From positions 1 through 10,957 of the forward strand of contig JAZAMN010000061.1 in the NCBI GenBank assembly GCA_036229005.1: a DNA stretch of 10,957 nucleotides. Direction: 5' to 3'. Below the pieces are notes generated by a model. The model worked only from the letters and a program-made list of their open reading frames with translations, made no database searches and was not told the origin of the DNA. Source of the stretch: Myxococcota bacterium (GTDB lineage: Bacteria > Myxococcota_A > UBA796 > CAJQPC01). Positions 1 through 6,865 of this stretch are shown here, piece by piece; within the stretch, counting starts at the first letter, position 1, and each line of letters starts with the position of its first letter. Position numbers and translations under genes: made by a program.

Positions 1-203
1 TGTCGGCCCCTCGGGCTGCATTACGCCTTCATTTGCCCGACCCGAAGGGGAGAGAGGCCCTTGGGCCTCGGTGGCAAATGGAGGCGAAGTGCAGGTCGCG
101 GAACGCGACCCGACGCCGTGGGGGGGGCCTGGGGGGGACTGGCGAAGGTCCCCCCTGGGGGTCAGCCGGCTCCGCCGGCGTAGGGGGCTTGCCCCCTACT
201 CAA
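1..203. repeat. Structured GC-rich direct repeat, copy 1 (probably truncated by the window edge)
   Basis: Nearly identical to 338-542. Stems read by eye: 1-6/110-115, 7-9/13-15, 16-37/73-94, 41-43/47-49, 54-60/63-69, 95-100/104-109, 132-139/148-155, 165-170/174-179, 180-188/191-199. Confidence 0.95.
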
Positions 204-337
204 AAAACACAGCCAGGCGCTCCTACCCGGCACCCCCATCCACCAAGCCACCCGTCCGCCCAAGAACAGCGCCGTCTCCGGATCGAACCGCCACGGCCCC
301 CCAGCGCCCGCCCCCAGCCACCTCCAACCATGGAGCA

Positions 338-542
338 TGTCGGCCCCTCGGGCTGCATTGCGCCTTCATTTGCCCGACCCGAAGGGGAGAGGGGCCCCCT
401 GGGGCCTCGGTGGCAAATGGAGGCGAAGTGCAGGTCGCGGAACGCGACCCGACGCCGTGGGGGGGGCCTGGGGGGGACTGGCGAAGGTCCCCCCTGGGGG
501 TAAGCCGGCTTCGCCGGCGTAGGGGGCTTGCCCCCTACTCAA
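338..542. repeat. Structured GC-rich direct repeat, copy 2
   Basis: Offset from copy 1 is 337 at the start and 339 at the end. It differs by a few substitutions and a net 2-nt gain inside one hairpin (391-408). It ends 25 nt from the stop codon of the minus-strand hydrolase. Confidence 0.95.
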
Positions 543-567
543 TAACCCGCCCCCCCACAGACCAAGC

Positions 568-1437
568 CTATTCGGCGATCTCGCAGGCGCTCCACAGCTC
601 CCCAGGCAGGCCACCCTCCCAGGGGTTGTCCTCCCCCATCTGCTGCGCGGCGAAGAAGAGCTTGACGTGCTCCAGGTTCACCGGCGGCAGGGTGTGGCCG
701 TCGTCGTGCTCGCACATGACCACAAAGTGGCCGTCGGCCAGCAGGGCGTCGCGGAGCTCGAAGGTGGCCTCCTCGAAGGAGACCTGCTGCCCCAGGATGT
801 TGATGGTGTCCGAGGGCCCGCCCCAGGTGAGCATCACGGGGAGATCGCCGCGCTCGGGCTTGTCGTAGCTCTGGAACATGCCGGTGCCGCCCGAGAGCGG
901 CGCCACGGCGGCCAGATACTCGGAGCGGCGGCCCAGCAGGTGGGTGCTCCAGAGCCCGCCGGCGCTCATGCCCGTGGAGTAGACGCGGCTGCGATCGATG
1001 TCGTGCTGCTCCACAAGGCAGCTCAGCACGTCGTCGAAGAGCGCCAGATCCCAGGAGTCGTCCTGGCCGTCCACAAATCCCCACTCGGAGATGCCCTCGA
1101 ACTTGCCGGTGGTGGTGGGCACCACCACGATGTAGCCCGCGTCGGCGATGTCATAGAGCCCCTGGTAGGTGACCGCCTGGTTGGCACTGCCCCCCAGCCA
1201 GTGCCAGTTGAACCAGACCGGCGCGCCCTGCGGATTCTCCGGGTAGAGCACGCGGACGCTGCGATCCAGCTCCGCGCTCACCAGGTCCACCCACTCCTCT
1301 TCGGGGGAGAAGCTGGGGCAGGCCCCGCCCGAGTAGCCCACGGGCTCCCAGAGGGCGGAGGGGGTCTCGTCGATGGGGGCGGCGCTGTCCGTGTCAACGG
1401 TGGCGTCGCAGGCGATCAGGAGCATCAGAGCAGTCAT
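568..1437 (-). CDS. Alpha/beta-hydrolase lipoprotein (PHB depolymerase/LpqC-like esterase)
   Basis: 289 aa. Nucleophile elbow in RVYSTGMSAGG, WHWLGGS oxyanion region, candidate Asp (GPSDT) and His (DGHTLP). Short hydrophobic N-terminus ending LIAC is lipobox-like. Confidence 0.85.
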   Translation of the reverse strand: MTALMLLIACDATVDTDSAAPIDETPSALWEPVGYSGGACPSFSPEEEWVDLVSAELDRSVRVLYPENPQGAPVWFNWHWLGGSANQAVTYQGLYDIADAGYIVVVPTTTGKFEGISEWGFVDGQDDSWDLALFDDVLSCLVEQHDIDRSRVYSTGMSAGGLWSTHLLGRRSEYLAAVAPLSGGTGMFQSYDKPERGDLPVMLTWGGPSDTINILGQQVSFEEATFELRDALLADGHFVVMCEHDDGHTLPPVNLEHVKLFFAAQQMGEDNPWEGGLPGELWSACEIAE

Positions 1438-1484
1438 TCGGGTGTTCTACACCAAGGCGTGGGGCTCCGCACCCCGGAGCGGGG

Positions 1485-1490
1485 TAGGAT
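1485..1490 (+). promoter_or_regulatory. Candidate -10 element TAGGAT for a leaderless transcript
   Basis: TANNNT hexamer 7 nt upstream of GTG at 1498. No Shine-Dalgarno sequence in between and no clear -35. Confidence 0.4.
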
Positions 1491-1497
1491 CCCCGCC

Positions 1498-2064
1498 GTG
1501 AGCGACACGAGCCTGACCACCGCGGACCTGGAGCGCATCCACGCCTTCCGCGGCCTGCCCACCCAGGAGCTGGAGGAGCTGCTGGCCGCCGCCCCCGTGG
1601 TGGAGCTGCTGCGCGAAGAGCAGCTCAGCGAAGAGGGGGTGCTGACCGAGGGCGCCCTGCTGGTGGTGCGCGGGCTGCTGCGGGTGTTCGTGTCCCAAGG
1701 CGGGCAGCCCGTGCTGGTCGGGGAGATCTGGCCGGGCGAGGTCTGCGGCGAGGAGGCCCTGTTCCAGCTCGAAGAAGACGCCGCAGTGGAGCCCCCGCGG
1801 AACGCGAGCGTGGTCGCCGCGGTCAACACTGTGGCCATCCGCCTGACCCCCGAGCTGCTGGAGCAGGCGCGCGGGACCCGCACCCTGGCCGCGATGCAGG
1901 CCCACCTGATCCACACCCTGGCCGACCGCATCCAGTCGACCAACCTGGGCATGCGCAAAGCCTGGCTGGAGCAGCAGGTGCGGGAACCCATGGACCGGCC
2001 GATGCAGATGCGCCCCCCGCGGCGTCGCTGGGGCCTGCTGTCCCTGCTGACGGGGAGGTCCTGA
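1498..2064 (+). CDS. Cyclic nucleotide-binding domain protein (no HTH visible)
   Basis: C-terminal part of ORF 667..2064. Start placed at GTG 1498 because the upstream part overlaps the hydrolase antisense. CNB signature: FRGL..EELEEL, EEG, LVVRGLLRV, PGEVCGEEALF...PRNASVVA. 188 aa. Confidence 0.85.
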   Translation: MSDTSLTTADLERIHAFRGLPTQELEELLAAAPVVELLREEQLSEEGVLTEGALLVVRGLLRVFVSQGGQPVLVGEIWPGEVCGEEALFQLEEDAAVEPPRNASVVAAVNTVAIRLTPELLEQARGTRTLAAMQAHLIHTLADRIQSTNLGMRKAWLEQQVREPMDRPMQMRPPRRRWGLLSLLTGRS

Positions 2065-2550
2065 GTGCCCAAGGGTGACCTCGCCGTGGCCAAGGAGCTG
2101 CTGCGGACGCACGGTGTGGACTGCGGCCCCGAGGGGTTGGCCCAGGTGTTGGAGAGCCTCCCCCGCACCTCCCTCCGCCGACGAGAGCTGCTGTGCACCG
2201 AGGGGGATCCCAGCGGGAGCATGTGGGTGCTGCTCAGCGGCTCCGTGCAGGTCATCAAGCGGGACTACAGCGGGCGCGCCCAGAAGCTGGCGGTGCTCCG
2301 GGCCCCCGCGGTGGTCGGGCACATGGGCGTGGTGGGCGGCAACCCCCGCTCGGCGAGCTGCGAGGCCAAGACCCGCATCGAGGTCGCCGTGGTGGACAAG
2401 GAGCGCTTTCAGGCCCTGCTCACTGAGCTCTCCCCCGCCGCCGATGCCTTCCGGAGGCTGCTGATCTCGGGGATGTCCCGCCAGCTCGCCACCGGCAACG
2501 CGGCGCTGCGTCGGCTATTGAGAGAGGCTGGCCCCTACCGACCGAGCTGA
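2065..2550 (+). CDS. Cyclic nucleotide-binding domain protein (no HTH visible)
   Basis: 161 aa. GTG immediately follows the upstream TGA. LCTEGDPSGSMWVLLSGSVQV and GHMGVVGGNPRSASCEA match the CNB beta-barrel and phosphate-binding cassette. Confidence 0.88.
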   Translation: MPKGDLAVAKELLRTHGVDCGPEGLAQVLESLPRTSLRRRELLCTEGDPSGSMWVLLSGSVQVIKRDYSGRAQKLAVLRAPAVVGHMGVVGGNPRSASCEAKTRIEVAVVDKERFQALLTELSPAADAFRRLLISGMSRQLATGNAALRRLLREAGPYRPS

Positions 2551-2556
2551 GCGCTG

Positions 2557-4023
2557 ATGACCTCCCCCTGGATCCTGCTGACCGCCCTGAGCGGCTTCGC
2601 CGAGCCCCCCGACGCCTCGGCCCCCCAAGAAACCCCGCTGGCTGAAGACCCGCTGGGTGCCTTCGACTGGGAGGCGGCGAGCGATGAGGCGGTACAGGTC
2701 CTCAGCGCCTACCTGCAGGTGGACACGCGCAACCCGGGGCCCTTCGAGCTGCAGGGCGCGACCTTCCTGGGCGAGCGGCTCGCGGCGGAGGGCATCCCCT
2801 ACGAGATCGAGGAGTACGCCCCCGGCCGGGCCAACCTGATGGCGCGGCTGCCTGGTGACGGGAGCGCCGGCGGGCCCCTGTGTCTGCTCTCCCACATCGA
2901 CGTGGTGCCCTGGGAGGCCGAGCGCTGGGAGGGCGGCCCCGGTCCCCTGAGCGGCGCCATTGAGGACGGCTATGTGTGGGGTCGAGGGGCTCTGGACATG
3001 AAGGGCATGGGGGTTCTGGAACTCCAGGGATTCATCTGGCTCAAGCGTCTGGGCGTGCCGCTGCGCCGCGAGGTCATCCTGCTGGCGGTCGCAGACGAAG
3101 AGGTGGACAACGGGGGCGCGCGCCACCTGGCGGAGCACCGCTGGGACGAGCTGAACTGCGCGTACGTGTTCAACGAGGGCGGGATGGGCGTCCAGGACCT
3201 GCTCTTTGACGGGCAGACCATCTACCCGGTGTCCGTCGGCGAGAAGGGCGTGCTGTGGGTGCGCCTGAACGCCCAGGGCGAGCCGGGCCACGGGAGCACG
3301 CCGGTGCTGGAGCGGGAGTCCCCCGAGCGGCTGCTCCAGGCCCTGGACAAGGTGCGCGAGCACAACGCCGCGCAGCCCTTGCTGTGGCACCCCGCGATGT
3401 ATGAGCTGCTGAACAACGCCGGCCTGGACCGCGCCGGGCTCGAGCGCACCGTGCTGACCAGCCCCAAGCTGGCCACGGTGGTGCTGGACGACCAGCTCTC
3501 GGAGAACCCCGTGACCCGGGCCAGCATGACCACCACCTGGCACGTCACGGGGCTGGAGGGGGCGCGCGCGCCGAACATCGTGCCGGGCGTCTCCAGCGCC
3601 GTGCTCGACATCCGGCTCTACCCCGGACACAGCGTGGAGCAGGCGCTGGCCGACCTCGAGGGCATCATCGGCGACCCCCTGGTGGAGATCGAGGTCATCT
3701 CCCAGGAGGAGGCCGGCGTCTCCGAGTGGCAGGGCGACCCGGTCTACGCCGCGATGGTGCAGCACCTGACCGCCGGGCGCGAGCACGTGGTCGCGGGCCC
3801 CGCCATCTCGCCGGGGTTCACGGACTCCATCTACCTGCGGGCCAAGGGCGCGCGGGCCTACGGCCTGGTCCCCTTCGAGGTCGCCGAGCAGGAGCTCACC
3901 ACCTTCCACGGCCCCAAGGAGCGCATCTCCGTCCAGAACGTAGAGCGCGGAATGGAGTGGATGCTGCGGGTGCTGTGGGATGTCGCCGGTCCGGGCGCGC
4001 CCCAGGCCCCCACGGCGGAGTAG
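2557..4023 (+). CDS. M20/M25/M40 family metallohydrolase, probably exported
   Basis: 488 aa. Metal and catalytic motifs SHIDVVP, GRGALDMKG, DEE, NEGG, GFTDS and FHGPKERI. Dimerisation-domain motifs GHGSTP and NIVP. Short hydrophobic N-terminus. Confidence 0.93.
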   Translation: MTSPWILLTALSGFAEPPDASAPQETPLAEDPLGAFDWEAASDEAVQVLSAYLQVDTRNPGPFELQGATFLGERLAAEGIPYEIEEYAPGRANLMARLPGDGSAGGPLCLLSHIDVVPWEAERWEGGPGPLSGAIEDGYVWGRGALDMKGMGVLELQGFIWLKRLGVPLRREVILLAVADEEVDNGGARHLAEHRWDELNCAYVFNEGGMGVQDLLFDGQTIYPVSVGEKGVLWVRLNAQGEPGHGSTPVLERESPERLLQALDKVREHNAAQPLLWHPAMYELLNNAGLDRAGLERTVLTSPKLATVVLDDQLSENPVTRASMTTTWHVTGLEGARAPNIVPGVSSAVLDIRLYPGHSVEQALADLEGIIGDPLVEIEVISQEEAGVSEWQGDPVYAAMVQHLTAGREHVVAGPAISPGFTDSIYLRAKGARAYGLVPFEVAEQELTTFHGPKERISVQNVERGMEWMLRVLWDVAGPGAPQAPTAE

Positions 4024-4034
4024 CCGCTCAGAGC

Positions 4035-4063
4035 TTGGACTCTGCCCATCCCTTGGGTATTGT
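4035..4063 (+). promoter_or_regulatory. Candidate sigma70-type promoter
   Basis: TTGGAC (4035-4040), 17-nt spacer, TATTGT (4058-4063) in the 64-nt intergenic gap. GGAG precedes ATG 4088. Confidence 0.5.
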
Positions 4064-4087
4064 GACCCCCGGTCAGTTGGAGCCACC

Positions 4088-4813
4088 ATGCGCAGCCGCC
4101 TCCTCGCCCTCTGCCTCGCCCTCGCCGCCGGTGGGGCCGCCCTGCTCTCCGTGGGGAGCCCTGCGGTCCAGGCCGCGGACGCAGCGGACGTGCACAAGAC
4201 CCTGCTGGACAGCGCGGGGTGGACCCTGGTGAGCACCGACTCCGAAGACGGCCTCAAGGTCTACAAGAAGCACATCGCGTCGCTGGGGGCCGACGCCTTC
4301 ATGGGCGAGAAGGTGCTGGACCCGGGGGTCGACGACCAGGTGCTCTTTGGCCTGATCTCCGACGTGGCCAACCACGATCGGGTGACCCCCAACCTGCACG
4401 CCAGCGAGTCCCTGTCCAAGACCGCCGCCGGCGAGGACTACTACCAGGTCGCCAAGGCCCCCAAGATGCTGCCGGTGAGCGAGCGCTACTGGTTCAACCG
4501 CGCGGTGAACACCATCAACGCGGACGGCACCGTCGGGCACCTGCGCCGAAGCTGGCAGACCATCGACGCGAGCACCTACCCCACCGACCTCAGCCACATC
4601 ACCACGACCTGGCCGGACGCGGTGCGCATCCCCTTCACCTACGGCATGTGGGAGGTCGTCCCGAACTCCTCGGGGCCCAGCTCGCTTGTGTACCGCACGG
4701 TGTCGGACCCGGGCGGGGAGATCCCGGGCTGGGTCATGAGCAGCCTGACCTCGCGTACACTGCCTGACAACATGCGTACGTTCGAGAGGGCGGCGTTGAA
4801 GGTGAGCCAATGA
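4088..4813 (+). CDS. Exported START/SRPBCC-like lipid-binding domain protein
   Basis: 241 aa from ATG 4088 with a GGAG RBS and signal peptide MRSRLLALCLALAAGGAALL..AVQA. START-like features: GWTLVSTDSEDGLKVYKK, PVSERYW, GMWEVVP and DPGGEIPGWVMS. Confidence 0.75.
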   Translation: MRSRLLALCLALAAGGAALLSVGSPAVQAADAADVHKTLLDSAGWTLVSTDSEDGLKVYKKHIASLGADAFMGEKVLDPGVDDQVLFGLISDVANHDRVTPNLHASESLSKTAAGEDYYQVAKAPKMLPVSERYWFNRAVNTINADGTVGHLRRSWQTIDASTYPTDLSHITTTWPDAVRIPFTYGMWEVVPNSSGPSSLVYRTVSDPGGEIPGWVMSSLTSRTLPDNMRTFERAALKVSQ

Positions 4814-5604
4814 GCCCGTACACCCCCCTGACCCTCTTCCTCTCCCTCTCTGGGTGTACGGAGCCGGAGCTCGCACCGCCGGTCATGGATGAGACCACGC
4901 GCTTGCTGTGGACCCAGTGGGACGACGAGGACACCATGGAGGGGCTGATCGCAGACCTCTACGACCTGACGGACGACGTGGACACCGAGCTGGATTGGGA
5001 GGAGCGCAGCTACATCGTGACGGCGTTCGACCGCGCGTCCATCGAAGACCTGGTGGAGCACGACCGCGACCCCACCGAGACCTTTGGCATCGGGCTGGTC
5101 TACCACTCGCCGTGGACCCCGGTGGACCACATGGACATCATCGCCATCGAGGACCGCACGGTGCTGGAGAGCTCCAGCCCCAACCTCTACGAGCGCACCT
5201 TCGTGGAGGGGGACCCCGAGTGCATGCTGGACGGCGGCTGCTCCCAGATGCGCACGCACAACTACATCCGGCGGGAGAACTTCTTCTACGGGCAGATGAC
5301 CTACGCGACGGACAAGAGCTTCCGGTGGATCACCACCCCCAGCGGGGAGCAGGCGATCGTCGCGCGGGCCTTCCAGATCGACCGCAGCGAGGAGCTGGAC
5401 AACAAGATCCACCTGCTCCAGTCCTACGCCCTGGACGTCTGGCTCCCCGACGAGGGCGGCAGCCGGCGCTACCACATGAACTGGCAGCAGACCGAGATGC
5501 CCGGTGGCCTGGAGGACAGCGAGATCGCCGGCGTGCTGGGTGGCGGCATCCAGGACCTGATGGAGTCACAGGACGCCTGGCTTGAGGACCAGACCGCTGA
5601 CTGA
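4810..5604 (+). CDS. Hypothetical acidic lipoprotein
   Basis: 264 aa. ATGA overlap with the upstream stop, lipobox LSGC and strong third-position GC bias. No family recognised. Confidence 0.8.
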   Translation: MSPYTPLTLFLSLSGCTEPELAPPVMDETTRLLWTQWDDEDTMEGLIADLYDLTDDVDTELDWEERSYIVTAFDRASIEDLVEHDRDPTETFGIGLVYHSPWTPVDHMDIIAIEDRTVLESSSPNLYERTFVEGDPECMLDGGCSQMRTHNYIRRENFFYGQMTYATDKSFRWITTPSGEQAIVARAFQIDRSEELDNKIHLLQSYALDVWLPDEGGSRRYHMNWQQTEMPGGLEDSEIAGVLGGGIQDLMESQDAWLEDQTAD

Positions 5605-5621
5605 GCTCCCTCGCGGCGCGC

Positions 5622-5650
5622 TTGCCACCATTCACATCGTTCGCTATCTT
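5622..5650 (+). promoter_or_regulatory. Sigma70-type promoter for the Omp85-polA gene run
   Basis: TTGCCA (5622-5627), 17-nt spacer, TATCTT (5645-5650) in a locally AT-richer intergenic region. Confidence 0.65.
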
Positions 5651-5677
5651 CCGAACGATGGAAACAAGGTCCTCTGA

Positions 5678-6856
5678 ATGCTGCTGACCCTGGTGAGCCT
5701 CGCCTTTGGTGGTGGCGGTGGCGGTGGCGCCTTCCCCCCTCCCCCCCAAGACAAGGACGACATGCGGCCCGCGTGGATCGCGGCGCCCCTGCTCTCCTAC
5801 GACTCCACCCTGCTGTTCGGCTACGGCGGCTTTGGCGGCGTGATCTTCCCCAGCCCCGACCCCGAGCAGCCCTACCGCCTGCGCATCAGCGGCCAGTTCT
5901 ACAAGACCACCGGCGGCTACGCGAACCACTTCTTTCGCTTTGAGATCCCTGGCCTGCTGGGCACCCAGTGGCGCTGGCGCAGCGACATCCGCTACGTCGA
6001 CTGGTCTCAGGCCCCCTACTACGGCATCGGCAACAACACGCCGATCTCCAAGGGTCAGCCCGAGGAGTACTACGAGTACAAGAAGACCGGCGTGCGCTTC
6101 CGCCAGGACCTGCGCTACCCCCTCTGGGGTGACTGGGAGGCCTTCGGCACCTGGTCCTTCCGCAACGAGCACGTGCGCGTCCCCGGGGACACCTTGCTGG
6201 CCCAGGACCTGGAAGACGGCGTCGCCGTGGGGGCCGATGGGGGCCGCTACTCCTACGTCGCGCTGGGCATGCTCCGGGACACCCGCGACAACGAGATCGA
6301 CCCCAGCCGGGGCGCCTTCCTCAACGCCTCCGGGCGGGTGAGCCACCCCTACGTGCTCAGCGAGTACAGCGTGGTCGGCTTCAACGTGAGCGCCAGCGCG
6401 TTCGTCCCCCTGCACGAGCGCGTGGTCTCCGCCTCGAACCTGAGCGTGGACCTGCGCTTTGGCGACGAGCCCTTCTGGAACCTGGCCTACGTCGGTGGCC
6501 TGGGGCGCGGCACCATCGGCGGTCGCTGGGCCTTCCGCGGCCTGCCAGAGGAGCGCCTGCGCGGCAACCACTCCGCCTGGGTGCAGCAGGAGCTGCGCGT
6601 CCACGTCTGGCAGGGGGAGATCTTCAACAACGACATGGACTTCATGGTCGTGCCCTTCACCGACATCGGGCGCGTCTGGGACCCCGGCGAGCTCGACGAC
6701 TGGTACCACCTGCACGCCACCTTCGGCGCCGGCCTGCGCGTCGACGTCCGGGAGCTCGCGGTGCTGCGCGCCGACGTCGGCCTGGGCTGGGAGAAGTACG
6801 ACACCGGCAGCGAGCTCGGCGTGGAGCTGTATGTGCTGGCGGATCACCCCTTCTGA
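5678..6856 (+). CDS. Omp85 superfamily (BamA/TamA-type) outer-membrane beta-barrel without POTRA domains
   Basis: 392 aa. Signal-like N-terminus, RDTRDNEIDPSRG, loop-6-like FRGLPEERLRGN, FTDIGRVW, FGAGLRV and C-terminal Phe. Confidence 0.85.
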   Translation: MLLTLVSLAFGGGGGGGAFPPPPQDKDDMRPAWIAAPLLSYDSTLLFGYGGFGGVIFPSPDPEQPYRLRISGQFYKTTGGYANHFFRFEIPGLLGTQWRWRSDIRYVDWSQAPYYGIGNNTPISKGQPEEYYEYKKTGVRFRQDLRYPLWGDWEAFGTWSFRNEHVRVPGDTLLAQDLEDGVAVGADGGRYSYVALGMLRDTRDNEIDPSRGAFLNASGRVSHPYVLSEYSVVGFNVSASAFVPLHERVVSASNLSVDLRFGDEPFWNLAYVGGLGRGTIGGRWAFRGLPEERLRGNHSAWVQQELRVHVWQGEIFNNDMDFMVVPFTDIGRVWDPGELDDWYHLHATFGAGLRVDVRELAVLRADVGLGWEKYDTGSELGVELYVLADHPF

Positions 6857-6865
6857 TGGGGTAGC

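Noticed and set aside
1..542. CRISPR array or complete IS element
   Set aside because: The unit is about 203 bp, far longer than CRISPR repeats, with only two copies. No cas or transposase gene, terminal inverted repeats or target duplication are evident in the window.
33..868. ORFs 33..503, 71..868, 337..522 and 366..614 crossing the repeat
   Set aside because: Low-complexity Pro/Gly/Arg translations. The 2-nt indel between copies is not frame-preserving, and the variation follows base pairing rather than codons.
667..1497. N-terminal extension of ORF 667..2064
   Set aside because: It lies antisense to the well-supported hydrolase gene and is a typical high-GC shadow frame. CNB similarity begins only after 1498.
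1498..2550. CRP/FNR transcription factors
   Set aside because: Both proteins end shortly after the C-helix of the CNB domain with no recognisable helix-turn-helix.
5708..5728. GGT/GGC trinucleotide run
   Set aside because: It encodes an in-frame Gly7 linker with mixed codons and is not a phase-variation tract.
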